A stretch of DNA of 64,000 bases from Candidatus Undinarchaeales archaeon (GTDB lineage: Archaea; SpSt-1190; JASMDC01): positions 32,001-96,000 of the forward strand of contig JASMDC010000007.1 in NCBI GenBank assembly GCA_030753015.1, read 5' to 3'. A program made the translations under genes and the position numbers. The notes beneath the pieces were generated by a model. That model was given only the letters and a program-made list of their open reading frames with translations, was not told where the DNA came from and searched no databases. Below, one piece after another: positions 10,396-19,871 of the stretch (positions are counted from its first letter, which is position 1; every line of letters begins with the position of its first letter).

Positions 10396-11114
10396 TCATG
10401 GAACTACGTATAGTCGTCGACAAGGAATCGCGGTTCGAGAGACCGGTGCTCATCGAGGGGTTCCGGGGCTCGGGGATGGTGAGCAATATCGCCTCCCACT
10501 ACATCTCTACAGCGCTCAAGATGGAGCGGATGGGGCACTTCGAGTCAGACATACTCCCACCCGTGGCCGTTGTGCACGAGAACACGGCCAGCCACCCGTT
10601 CCGCATCTACCAGTCGCAGCCGCATGAGCTGTACCTCATGACGAGCGAGTTCAGGATGCCGCGTACGCTGGTGTTCTCGGCAGCACGGACCATCTCGGAC
10701 TGGGCAAAGGTCCACGACGTGGGGACTGTGATCTCGATCGAGGGCGTGAAGTCCAAGAAGGAGGCCGACAACAGGGTCTACGCCATGACCAACGACCCGG
10801 GCCTGAGCGAGCGGGCCAAGGAGGCCAAGATCAACGTAATCGACCACGGGATGATCGGCGGCATCTCGGGCACCCTGCTCCTGGAGTGCACCAAGCGCCG
10901 TATCCCCACCATGAGCCTCCTGATCCGGACCCGGGAGGACTTCTCCGATGCCCGGGCCGCAGCGCACCTCATCATGGCGATCGATTCCATGTACGGTTGG
11001 GGCATCGATGCCAAGCCGCTGCTCGACGGCGCAACGCGCATCGAGGACCGGCTCGACCAGGTGATCCACGAGGTGTCGCAGAGCACACCCGACGAGCCCA
11101 GCATGTTCAGGTGA
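10392..11114 (+). CDS. PAC2-family proteasome assembly chaperone
   Basis: LIEGF.G.GMV..IA, PFRIY, GGISGTLL and DARAAA. Ends in PSMFR. Confidence 0.88.
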   Translation: MIMELRIVVDKESRFERPVLIEGFRGSGMVSNIASHYISTALKMERMGHFESDILPPVAVVHENTASHPFRIYQSQPHELYLMTSEFRMPRTLVFSAARTISDWAKVHDVGTVISIEGVKSKKEADNRVYAMTNDPGLSERAKEAKINVIDHGMIGGISGTLLLECTKRRIPTMSLLIRTREDFSDARAAAHLIMAIDSMYGWGIDAKPLLDGATRIEDRLDQVIHEVSQSTPDEPSMFR

Positions 11115-11121
11115 CCGCACG

Positions 11122-11817
11122 ATGACCGCTCCCACCGTTGTGTTCGATGCGTCGCATGACGAGTACTTCTCCATCAGAAAGCGCGAGGATCCGTCGTACC
11201 GGCTCCTTGCCCGCCAGCTGGTGGCCGGTGGGATGGGCGTAAAGGAGGCCGGCGAGCTCGATGACGGGTTCGCGGGCGATGTGCTCGTCGTGGCGGTGCC
11301 GCGGAGGGCGTTCCAACCGGCCGAGAGCGCGGCCGTCCAGGAGTTCGTCAAGAACGGCGGCGGGCTCGTGCTCGTGGGGATGGGCGGCGGGCTCCACCAG
11401 AGCTCTCTAGTCCTCAACGCGCTGGCGTTCAGGTTCGGGATGGTGTTCGGCGAGGAGCTGCTGCACCACGATCCTGACCGGCTGAACGCGCTGCGCAAGG
11501 ACCAGGTCCACGCGGCCCATACCGTGCTCCTGCGCCACCCGGTGCTCGAGGGCGTGGGGACCGTGAGAGTGAGGTTCGGGTGCTCGGTGACCAGCGACGG
11601 GAACGCGCCGGTCTGGGTTGGCGACGAACCGCTCGAGGAGCGGTCCATGGCGGCGCTCGAGGCCGCACACTATTACCCCGTTCTCGCCCTCCAGGAGGAG
11701 GGCAAGGGCCGTGTCGTCGCCCTGGGCGACGCGTCCCTGCTCGACAGCCGCTACGTGCGCGGGAGCGCCCGGCTGGCGGGGAACATCATGACCTGGGCAG
11801 CAGGTGATACACCATGA
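11122..11817 (+). CDS. DUF4350/GldG-like (GATase-fold) protein
   Basis: VFDASHDE, FVKNGGGLVL and GKGRVVALGD. Confidence 0.7.
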   Translation: MTAPTVVFDASHDEYFSIRKREDPSYRLLARQLVAGGMGVKEAGELDDGFAGDVLVVAVPRRAFQPAESAAVQEFVKNGGGLVLVGMGGGLHQSSLVLNALAFRFGMVFGEELLHHDPDRLNALRKDQVHAAHTVLLRHPVLEGVGTVRVRFGCSVTSDGNAPVWVGDEPLEERSMAALEAAHYYPVLALQEEGKGRVVALGDASLLDSRYVRGSARLAGNIMTWAAGDTP

Positions 11818-12314
11818 GCATGCAGAACATAGTCGAACGGTTCATGAAGAAGGAGGAGCACAGGCCGCTCGGGCCCGAGCCCAGCGCGCCGCCGCCCCCG
11901 CCGGGCACGCAGCCCACACTGGGTCCCGAGAACCCCCAGGGGATGGGAGCGCCGCCGCCGATGGCACCGCTCAACCCCTTCTCCCCGCTCAAGGAGCACC
12001 AGTCGCCGATGTCGACGCCCATGCAGCCGCCGCTGGGACCCAATGGGATGCCCCTTCAGGCGCCGCAGGGGGGCCCGCTGGCACCGCCCGGCTCGGTCCC
12101 CGGAGCGCAGCCGCAGGGCAGCATGAATGACCTGCTGGGCCTCATGCAGGGGGCCGCCCCGGCGGGCGCCGCCCCGGCCGCGGTACCGGCCGCCAGCGAG
12201 GAGGCCATAAAGCGGCTCGAGCAGCGCATCGAAATGCTCGACAAGAAGATGGACATCATCGACGGCCAGCTCAAGAACATCTGGAACCTCCTGCAGACCT
12301 GGCGGCGCGGTTGA
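11814..12314 (+). CDS. proline-rich protein with C-terminal coiled coil
   Basis: Overlaps the neighbouring genes (ATGA). P/G/M-rich low-complexity body and a heptad-like C-terminus. Confidence 0.7.
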   Translation: MSMQNIVERFMKKEEHRPLGPEPSAPPPPPGTQPTLGPENPQGMGAPPPMAPLNPFSPLKEHQSPMSTPMQPPLGPNGMPLQAPQGGPLAPPGSVPGAQPQGSMNDLLGLMQGAAPAGAAPAAVPAASEEAIKRLEQRIEMLDKKMDIIDGQLKNIWNLLQTWRRG

Positions 12315-13117
12315 TGATGGACCCGGCCGGTTTCGTGCGGACGTACTTCCTCGACCCGATCCGCACGGGCTCCGGCTACAACATGGTCAACACGACCGCG
12401 TACGCTCTTGGCTTCGTGGCGTTCATCTACGTCATCTTCGAGGGCCTCAAGCGCAAGCGCATCACGGTCGAACGGTTCGCCCTGGCGTTCGCACCGTACA
12501 TCGTGCTCACGTGCCTTGTACGCGCGCTGGTGGACATCCACGTGTACCCGCGGTCCATCTTTACCGTCAGCCCCGGTATCTACGGGACATCGTTCATCGT
12601 GACGGTCATCTCCATCGCGATCGGGTACCAGATCGAGCGCGTGAACAAGACCCCCTGGGACAAGGCGTCGGCTTACATCGGTACGGTGCTCCTGCTCATG
12701 CACCTGCCGCTGATCGTCTGGCTGCGTCCCATGGCGTTCGCTGCCATCTTCGGTCTCACTGCCCTGTGCACCCTCTTCGTGTACCAGGTGGTCGCGCTCT
12801 CCGGGCGGGAGGACCTGCTCGTCCCCGAGAACGTAGGAGTGATCGCGGGCCAGCTCCTCGACGCCTCGGCGACCTACATCGGCCTGGCCTTCATCGGGTT
12901 CAAGGAGCAGCACGTAATCCCCAACCTCCTGTTCAATATGGCCGGAACACCACTGATCTTCCTTCCGGTGAAGGCCGCGCTCGCCGTGCTGGTCGTATAT
13001 GTCGTGGACAAGGACGTGGACGACAGGCAGATGGCCCGGTTCGTGAAGCTGGCGGCGTTCGTGCTCGGGTTCGGGCCGGGGCTGCGCGACGCGTTCCAGG
13101 TTCTCATGGCGGGGTAG
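12311..13117 (+). CDS. DUF63 family archaeal membrane protein
   Basis: GYN.VNT..Y, RALVD, SPGIY, LDASAT, EQHV and GFGPGLRD. Confidence 0.88.
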   Translation: MMMDPAGFVRTYFLDPIRTGSGYNMVNTTAYALGFVAFIYVIFEGLKRKRITVERFALAFAPYIVLTCLVRALVDIHVYPRSIFTVSPGIYGTSFIVTVISIAIGYQIERVNKTPWDKASAYIGTVLLLMHLPLIVWLRPMAFAAIFGLTALCTLFVYQVVALSGREDLLVPENVGVIAGQLLDASATYIGLAFIGFKEQHVIPNLLFNMAGTPLIFLPVKAALAVLVVYVVDKDVDDRQMARFVKLAAFVLGFGPGLRDAFQVLMAG

Positions 13118-13204
13118 AGGTCGCGAGTGACCCTGTAATCTACTGGTATCATCTGCGCCCGTCCGGCCGATAGGGTTTTAACGCTGTTCCGATCCAACGC
13201 ACCC

Positions 13205-14314
13205 ATGATCGAGGACCTCCTCGCACGGCTCGTGGCCGTCCCCTCGCCCTACCCCGAGGAGGGGGCCATCGGGGACCTGCTCGCCGACCTGCTGCAAGAA
13301 CGCGGCTTTTCGGTCGAACGCCAGCGGGTGGCCGATGGACGCGCCAATGTCCTTGGTACGAAGGGTAGCGGCCCGTCATTGCTGTTCCTGGGTCACATGG
13401 ACACCGTGGCGCCGGAGCCGGGATGGGAGAATCCCTACGCCATTCGCAGGGACGGTGGCCGTATCCTGGGGCTCGGGGCACACGATATGAAGGGCGGCAT
13501 CACCTGCCTCCTCTCTGCGCTCGAGGGGGCCGACACACCTCATGCGGTGAAAGTGGCGTTCACCGTGGACGAGGAGAACGTCAGCCAGGGCGCCCACGTG
13601 CTCGACCGGAGCGGATTCCTCGACGACGTCGCCGGGTGCGTGTCCGTGGAGTCGGCGGAGCTGGGCGGTCTGGAGGAGGCATGCCTGGGCCGACGGGGCC
13701 GGACGGTGCTCCAGGTGGACCTGTACGGCAGGCCCGCTCATGCCGCGGCGCCGCAGGACGGGGCCAACGCCGTGACCGCGGCAGCATCGGTGCTCCTGGC
13801 GCTGGGCGACGTGCCCCTGGCCATCCACGAGCGACTTGGCCCCGCGAGCCTGACCCCGCTGGGCATCCACGCCGAGGCGCGGGGGCTCACCGTCCCCGAG
13901 CGGTGCACGCTCACCCTCGACCGGCACCTGGTCCCGCCCGAGACGCCCGAGAGCGCGCTGGCCGAGCTGCGAGAGAGGCTGCCGGACATGCTCGAGGGCG
14001 TGCGCGTGGAGGCGCGCCTGGCCGACCGGCCCACGCCCTTCCTGCGCCCGTACTGGACCGCACCGGACTCCGCCATCGCTCGTACCGTGGCCCAAGCGAT
14101 CAGGACCGTTGTCGGGAAGGACGCCGTGTGGCTTGCAGGTTCTTCCGTCGCCGACGAGAACGCGGTGGGCGCCCGGGGCATCCCCACAGTGGTGTACGGC
14201 CCCCTGGGCGGCAGGGACCACACCAAGCACGAGTGGGTGGACGCCTCCAGCCTGCCGGTGGTCCGCGACGTGCTGGCCCGCGTGCTGGCCGGATGGACAC
14301 CGCAGTTGGACTGA
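13205..14314 (+). CDS. M20 metallopeptidase (ArgE/DapE-like)
   Basis: GHMDTV, GLGAHDMKGG, DEE and C-terminal H...E. Confidence 0.92.
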   Translation: MIEDLLARLVAVPSPYPEEGAIGDLLADLLQERGFSVERQRVADGRANVLGTKGSGPSLLFLGHMDTVAPEPGWENPYAIRRDGGRILGLGAHDMKGGITCLLSALEGADTPHAVKVAFTVDEENVSQGAHVLDRSGFLDDVAGCVSVESAELGGLEEACLGRRGRTVLQVDLYGRPAHAAAPQDGANAVTAAASVLLALGDVPLAIHERLGPASLTPLGIHAEARGLTVPERCTLTLDRHLVPPETPESALAELRERLPDMLEGVRVEARLADRPTPFLRPYWTAPDSAIARTVAQAIRTVVGKDAVWLAGSSVADENAVGARGIPTVVYGPLGGRDHTKHEWVDASSLPVVRDVLARVLAGWTPQLD

Positions 14315-14360
14315 GGCGCGAAGTGGTCCCCCGGGGGTCCACTAGAATGCAACGCTCGGA

Positions 14361-15323
14361 TCAGTCGTCCCCGGGAGCCTCGTTGACATCGCCGAAGAGG
14401 CCGTCCACGAGCCGCTGGCTCGCGGTCCTGACGGGAAATGAGACCACGAGCACGCATCCCGCGGAGAACAGTCCCGAGAGGCGGAGCTCGCCCAGGTACC
14501 GGGTGGCAAGGAACTCCTCGAGCACCTCCTCGACGACCAGGAATACGACGGTGAGGGCTACGCTCAGGAACGTGTACACAAAGCTCCTTCTCACGATGAT
14601 CTCGATATCGAGCAGATGGTCCTTCACGATACCGTAAGCGATCGTACCACCCGTAAGGGTCATGAACACGATCCCTACGTTCACCTTGAGCGGCAGGGAC
14701 AGGACGGCAGTGCTTATGACCATGATGCCATAGCCGATGAACGGGAAGAGGCATCCAAGGAGGAAGTACGACGACCGCCGCTTCAGCTCGGGATCCTTCA
14801 CCTGCCTGAAGGTGAGCGTGAAGATGGCGATAGGAAGGAACGACAGGAGACCCTGAGCGTTGTTGAACACCATCATGAGCCCTGATGGAGCGAGGAAGAC
14901 GCCGCTGTACAGGCCGAACATCGACTCGTCCGCCTCGACGACGTTGGCGAAGAGGCGGTCCGGGGCGAGGATGATGGCCGCGAGGAAGAGGACAGGGACC
15001 GCATAGATGACCAGGAGCCTCTTGTCCTGTAGGAAGGTGCCCCTGCTCCGGTAGAGCAGAGCAAAATGGGAGAGGACCGTGAGCGTGATGGCGGTGCTGA
15101 TGAAATGGACCGACATCCACGTGGTCCATGTGCCTATGTCCAGGCTGCATGACGCCATGGCGGCACCGACAGCGATCATGGAGGTGAAGAACAGGCACGC
15201 GGCGTTCATTTGCACGAACAGTCCTTTCTCACGCTTGTGGAGCAGGAACATCGACAGGCCGAGACAAACGAGGAAGGAGATGAAGTAGGGGACAGACCAG
15301 AGGTTGAGGAAATAGCCCGTCAT
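14361..15323 (-). CDS. stand-alone 7TM sensor-type membrane protein (HisKA_7TM-like)
   Basis: About nine TM segments and AYGIVKDHLLDI, typical of 7TM sensor domains. No cytoplasmic output domain. Confidence 0.7.
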   Translation of the reverse strand: MTGYFLNLWSVPYFISFLVCLGLSMFLLHKREKGLFVQMNAACLFFTSMIAVGAAMASCSLDIGTWTTWMSVHFISTAITLTVLSHFALLYRSRGTFLQDKRLLVIYAVPVLFLAAIILAPDRLFANVVEADESMFGLYSGVFLAPSGLMMVFNNAQGLLSFLPIAIFTLTFRQVKDPELKRRSSYFLLGCLFPFIGYGIMVISTAVLSLPLKVNVGIVFMTLTGGTIAYGIVKDHLLDIEIIVRRSFVYTFLSVALTVVFLVVEEVLEEFLATRYLGELRLSGLFSAGCVLVVSFPVRTASQRLVDGLFGDVNEAPGDD

Positions 15324-15397
15324 CGGACGTCATACCGTGGACTATCCTTAAAAGTTAGTGCGCTGCGTGCTCGCCGAGCGGCTATCGCCCTCCCCGT

Positions 15398-15409
15398 AAG
15401 GTTTATATC
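15398..15409 (+). promoter_or_regulatory. archaeal BRE/TATA promoter for the putative ncRNA
   Basis: AAGGTTTATATC lies about 30 nt upstream of the structured region. Confidence 0.65.
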
Positions 15410-15431
15410 CCTGGATGATCCCAATCCAGCT

Positions 15432-15750
15432 ACCTCCGGCCAACAGGGACTATTGTCCAGTGGCTGTAACAAGGTTCTATCCATCATCGGGGATCGCTAC
15501 CATGGCGGTCCCCTTTGGTGGCCCCTGTCTTTTCCGGCCGAGAGTGTTGCTATTCCAAGCCGTCCCTGAGAGGAGTAACCAGATGGTTGACCCTCGGCTC
15601 AGACACCTCGTGCGGCCATCGGGGACGCTGTCCCCGTACATTAACATGTGGTCTTATCATCGCCGGGGGTCGCCGATACGGTGGCCCCCGCCGGTGAAAT
15701 CGTTCTATGACGACCGGGAGGGGTACTATTTCTGTATGGTCCGGCCGTGC
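15432..15750 (+). ncRNA. putative structured ncRNA with two homologous domains
   Basis: Two 11-bp hairpins (15489-15513 and 15665-15689) differ by compensatory changes. Both domains are closed by CGGCC/GGCCG stems. Upstream TATA box and no credible ORF. Confidence 0.6.
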
Positions 15751-15817
15751 CCTGACGCGCCCAAACAGTAACTTTTTATACCCCGTCCCCTGCCGTGGAG
15801 CGTTGGCGGGGTATGCC

Positions 15818-16531
15818 ATGTACTTGATGGAGGAGTCAAATGATGCACCCGGTGATGAGGGGACCTCGGACCTCCTAGTTCTGTACGACATGGACGGAAC
15901 CCTGTTGCAGGGGGATGGCCTGCGTAACGTGTACGAAGGCATAGGTGGCGAACCCCTGGACAACGTGGAGGAGGCACATGCACGGTACGGGAACGGCGAG
16001 ATCGGCTACTTCGATCTGCATCGGGCATCGATGGAGAACCTCAAAGGCGTCGAGGCCTCGCTCGCACAAGAGCTGGCTGGGGCGACACCTCTCTTCGAGG
16101 ACGCGACGGTGATCGTCGATTACATGGTCGCTCGTGGCTACGACCAGTCCATCCTCTCCCACAGCCCGACGGACCTCATAGCACCGCACGCCCAAAGATT
16201 GGGGATCGGGACCTACTTCGGCGTCGACATGGTCTGCGAGGGCGGTCGTTATACCGGAGATACGAACACAGCGTCCAACTACACACGGACCCTTCTGAGC
16301 GACATGGACGCCAAGGCCACGGTCATGAGGGACCTGGCACAAGGTCGGAAGGTGATCGCCTTCGGGAACGGCAGCAACGACTACAGTATGCTCGATGCCG
16401 CGGACATGGGCTTCGCCATACACGCAAACCAGCATCTTCGGGAACTGGTGGAGGACGGGGACAGCCAGAACATCTACTTGGTGGACTCGTTCGAGGAGGC
16501 GATAGAGGTCCTTGATAGGGAGCTTGGATGA
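15818..16531 (+). CDS. HAD-IB hydrolase (phosphoserine phosphatase-like)
   Basis: YDMDGTL, LSHS, K and FGNGSND motifs. TATA TTTTATA at 15774-15780. Confidence 0.85.
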   Translation: MYLMEESNDAPGDEGTSDLLVLYDMDGTLLQGDGLRNVYEGIGGEPLDNVEEAHARYGNGEIGYFDLHRASMENLKGVEASLAQELAGATPLFEDATVIVDYMVARGYDQSILSHSPTDLIAPHAQRLGIGTYFGVDMVCEGGRYTGDTNTASNYTRTLLSDMDAKATVMRDLAQGRKVIAFGNGSNDYSMLDAADMGFAIHANQHLRELVEDGDSQNIYLVDSFEEAIEVLDRELG

Positions 16532-16604
16532 GCGCTCTACCGGGACCGGACGTCCGCGCACCGACCAAAAACCTTTAGTACCACGAGGGACACATACCCT
16601 TATC

Positions 16605-16907
16605 ATGGTCCAGCAGGACTTAGCCGTGATCCGTGAGCGCATCCGCGTCGCGCTCGCCCCCTACAAGGCGAAGCTGGAGAGGAAGAAGCCCACCGACGGC
16701 GACATCATCACCAACCTCCTGTGGCGTTTTAGGAGCCAGCCGTCCCACCACATCGACCTTCTCGTGCTAGAAGCGTGCTCCGAGCTGAGGAACAAGGACC
16801 CGGACATCACCGAGGCCGATATCAACGCGATCATCGCCAAGTACTCCAAGAAGGCACAGGCCTTGGTGGCCGAGCTGGGCGACCTCCAGCCGGCCGGGCT
16901 GGGCTGA
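16605..16907 (+). CDS. small hypothetical protein
   Basis: 100-aa ORF with host-like codon usage, preceded by AAAAACCTTTAG. Confidence 0.6.
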   Translation: MVQQDLAVIRERIRVALAPYKAKLERKKPTDGDIITNLLWRFRSQPSHHIDLLVLEACSELRNKDPDITEADINAIIAKYSKKAQALVAELGDLQPAGLG

Positions 16908-16920
16908 CCCGACCCCGACA

Positions 16921-18072
16921 CTACACGAACCGCTCCGGGTGTGCTTCGAAATACTTTTCGCCCATCCGCACGAGCACGAGCCCTGATCCGAGAAGCAAGG
17001 TGAACGAGATTGCCACGGGGGCTCCGAGCATTGGCGAGTACGCAAGCGTCGCCAGGCAGGCGGACGGGACCAACGCCACCACGCTCTCGGGGAGGGGAAG
17101 CGGGGTGAGGTTGACGACGAACACCGCCGACATGGCCCCGAAGTACACGAACCGCAGCTCCTGCCGCCCGGGGACCATCGCTGCCGCCGCCAGACCCACG
17201 CCCGCCAGTAGCAGTGCCAGGGATAGCGCGTACCCGATCATGAGCACCGGATGCGCCATGTGGACGCCTTGGGTCTCGAGGAGGACGATGTACAGTACCG
17301 CCTGCGTACAGGCCAGCATCAGGGCGCCGGTCACCTTACCGCGCACCACCGTCCCAGGCGACAGGGCGTGCACCAACGGTTCCAGCTTGTGGGTCTCGGT
17401 GTCCTGGCTCAGTGCTTCCATGAGCACGTCGCCGGCGTTGATGGCCAAGAACAGGAAGATGAACGGTACCAAAAAGCCGTAGAGCGCGTGTACGGGACGC
17501 ACCGAGCGCAGCGGGGGGGCGCCGCGGTCGTCGTCGGGCGCAGGCTCGTTCACGCCCGTCACCCGTACCTGGGGCACGGCGGGCACCTCCAGCAGCAACC
17601 GCTCGAAGCCCAGGGAATAAGAGAGCTCCACCAATGCTTCCTCGAGCCGGTTCCGGGAGTAGGAGGAGAGCAGGCTGCGCGGGTCGTGGATGAGCGATAT
17701 ACCCACGTGCACCGGCCGGTCCAGCTGGTCTCCCAGTTCCGGCGGGGGCACCAGGATGACCTCGATCCGTCCCTCCATGAACGCGAACTCCGCCTGGGTG
17801 AGGCTGTCGTACCCCCGGGCGTACAGCTGCTCGCGCTCGAGAAGGGCGTTTCCAACGGATGGACGCTCGCCGTACGTCACCACGCCGATCCGCCACCCGC
17901 CCGGCGGTTCCCCGGCCTCGGACGGGAACAGGAGCGCGGCATAGTTGTGGACGATGGCCTGGGCGAACACCACCATGAGCACCTGGAAGAAGAAAAGCAC
18001 CCAGAACGTCCGGTCTCGCAGGAGGCGCTGGAGCTCGCGCCAGCCAACGAGCGCAACCGGGCCTACATCCAC
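16921..18072 (-). CDS. ABC-2 type permease (NatB-like)
   Basis: WRELQRLLRDR, N-terminal TM, extracellular loop, ETHKLE.L and GKV. Confidence 0.85.
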   Translation of the reverse strand: MDVGPVALVGWRELQRLLRDRTFWVLFFFQVLMVVFAQAIVHNYAALLFPSEAGEPPGGWRIGVVTYGERPSVGNALLEREQLYARGYDSLTQAEFAFMEGRIEVILVPPPELGDQLDRPVHVGISLIHDPRSLLSSYSRNRLEEALVELSYSLGFERLLLEVPAVPQVRVTGVNEPAPDDDRGAPPLRSVRPVHALYGFLVPFIFLFLAINAGDVLMEALSQDTETHKLEPLVHALSPGTVVRGKVTGALMLACTQAVLYIVLLETQGVHMAHPVLMIGYALSLALLLAGVGLAAAAMVPGRQELRFVYFGAMSAVFVVNLTPLPLPESVVALVPSACLATLAYSPMLGAPVAISFTLLLGSGLVLVRMGEKYFEAHPERFV

Positions 18073-19871
18073 ATCATCACCACCGCGAGGTTGTAGGCGC
18101 CATGCAGGAGCGTGGCCACCGCCAGCGCGAGGGAGGCGCGGCCGCTACGCAGGTAGACCAGCGCGAACACCGTGGTGCACAGGCCATGGACGACCAATGA
18201 CAAGGGGAGGATGGGGAGCAGGAGCAGGGTCTCGAGGGTCTGGGCGACGCCCTCAAGACCAACGAACGGTGTGATGAAAGCGACGTTGTACAGCTTCTCG
18301 AACACCAGGAACCCCACGCCAACCGCCAGGGCCAGGGGGACCACGTCGCCCGAGTTCGAGCGCAGGCGGCCGGCGCGGTGGAGCAGGAGGAACGCAGCAC
18401 CCTTCACGGCCTCCTCCACGCCCATCAGGACCGTGACTAAGAGGATGAACGGGACGCGGACCAGGGTGGCCAAGGCCACCACCGCCACCTCGCCCGCAAG
18501 CCCCAAGAACACTGTACCGGCACCGGTGAGTATGCCCAGCAGGAGCGATGGGCGGCCGGAGGGGAGAGACTCGCGGGTGGCGAGCACCAAAGCCTCCCAC
18601 AGGGTGTGGCCCCCCGTCACCGTCCCGCGGGCGGCGCCCAGCACGCCCAGCAGCATGGCCAGTGAGAACGCGCCGGGGAAGAACAGCGACAGCCCCACCT
18701 GCTCGGCGCCCGGTGGCTCGCCTCGGAGAACGTGAAGCACGGTGGTCAGCGGCGAGTAGAACGCAACGTCGTGCACACCGGAAAGCAGGGTGGGGAGCAG
18801 CAGGCCCACCGTCCCCAGGAAGTAGGCCACTGAAAGGCTGGCCGACATGGAGGCATAGGATGAGGTGGTGACGCACACCGCCGCCGTCAGGGCGAAGAAC
18901 GTCGCAACCACCGCCGTCGTGGCCAGCACGAGGAGGGGCAGCGACGCGCGGGCGGGGGGCGCAAGGACCACAGAGAGTGTCACGGGGACCGCCACCGCCA
19001 GCAGGGCGTGGGGGGCGGCCTTCCCGGCCATGATCGAGTGCTGGGGGACGTAGGCGGAGAGCACCTCGTACCCACCGCCCAGGCGCGAGCCGGTGAGCGA
19101 CACGCCGAAGGACGAGGCGAAGAACAGTATGGGGATGAGCATGCCCAGCGGTGCCATGAGGCCCGCGATGGGGTTGGTGCCGCCCGGCTGGGGGACGGCC
19201 AGCTCCTCACCCTCCTCAATGGTATCGGGCCGTGCCAGGCGGTCGCCAAGGGCGTCGGCGGCGTAGGCCTCGCCCGGGGGCCGGGCCACCAGGAGCGATG
19301 GATCGATGGACGGCGGTGCGGGCACGCTGCCGGGGCCGGGACGTACGTTACCGCTGGGCGTCTCCTCCCGTGGTATCGGACGGAAGCCTGTCCCGCGGTC
19401 CAGCGCGTCTGCATCGATGAGGAGCGGTGCCAGGAGCACGTCAGGGAGCGGTCGCTTGGCGGCCTCCTGCTCGAACAGCCGGCGGTTGGTGACCTCGAGC
19501 ACGTCGATCATCAGCCTGCGGAGGGCACGCGACCGGTGGGACCGGCCGAACTGCGCATGCACGTCCGCGTCGTCGGTCCAGAGGTAGCCGTCGATTCGTT
19601 CCCCGAGCAGTGCCGCGTGGGCGGTATCGCGATCGGCGAGAGCCATCATCTCGATCAGCGGTGACGCGAACAGCTCGTCGGCCCGGGGATCGCCCACCCG
19701 GCCCAGCCGGTACACGTCCCGGAGCGACGGGGGCTCGCGCTCCATGCTCGTCCGCATAGCGGAGAGCACTACCAGGGAGAGCAGCGGCACCGCCAGCAGC
19801 GCCAGGGAGAGCCGACGGGAGCCGGACAGCACCCGCGCTTCCTGGCGGGACAGCTCTATAGCGCCCCTCAG
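18063..19871 (-). CDS. ABC-2 permease fused to a PrsW-like intramembrane metalloprotease
   Basis: Permease core (AGK..P), then EEAVKG, GVGF..FEK, H and HGAYN. Start is uncertain (CTG 19871 or GTG 20024). Confidence 0.75.
   Translation of the reverse strand: MRGAIELSRQEARVLSGSRRLSLALLAVPLLSLVVLSAMRTSMEREPPSLRDVYRLGRVGDPRADELFASPLIEMMALADRDTAHAALLGERIDGYLWTDDADVHAQFGRSHRSRALRRLMIDVLEVTNRRLFEQEAAKRPLPDVLLAPLLIDADALDRGTGFRPIPREETPSGNVRPGPGSVPAPPSIDPSLLVARPPGEAYAADALGDRLARPDTIEEGEELAVPQPGGTNPIAGLMAPLGMLIPILFFASSFGVSLTGSRLGGGYEVLSAYVPQHSIMAGKAAPHALLAVAVPVTLSVVLAPPARASLPLLVLATTAVVATFFALTAAVCVTTSSYASMSASLSVAYFLGTVGLLLPTLLSGVHDVAFYSPLTTVLHVLRGEPPGAEQVGLSLFFPGAFSLAMLLGVLGAARGTVTGGHTLWEALVLATRESLPSGRPSLLLGILTGAGTVFLGLAGEVAVVALATLVRVPFILLVTVLMGVEEAVKGAAFLLLHRAGRLRSNSGDVVPLALAVGVGFLVFEKLYNVAFITPFVGLEGVAQTLETLLLLPILPLSLVVHGLCTTVFALVYLRSGRASLALAVATLLHGAYNLAVVMMWM

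Noticed and set aside
15430-15750. SRP RNA, RNase P RNA, TPP riboswitch, hammerhead or 16S fragment (GTAACAAGG, CTGAGA)
   Set aside because: The required conserved partner motifs (SRP helix 8, GAGGAAAGUCC, TPP 3' half, CUGANGA, anti-SD tail) are absent.
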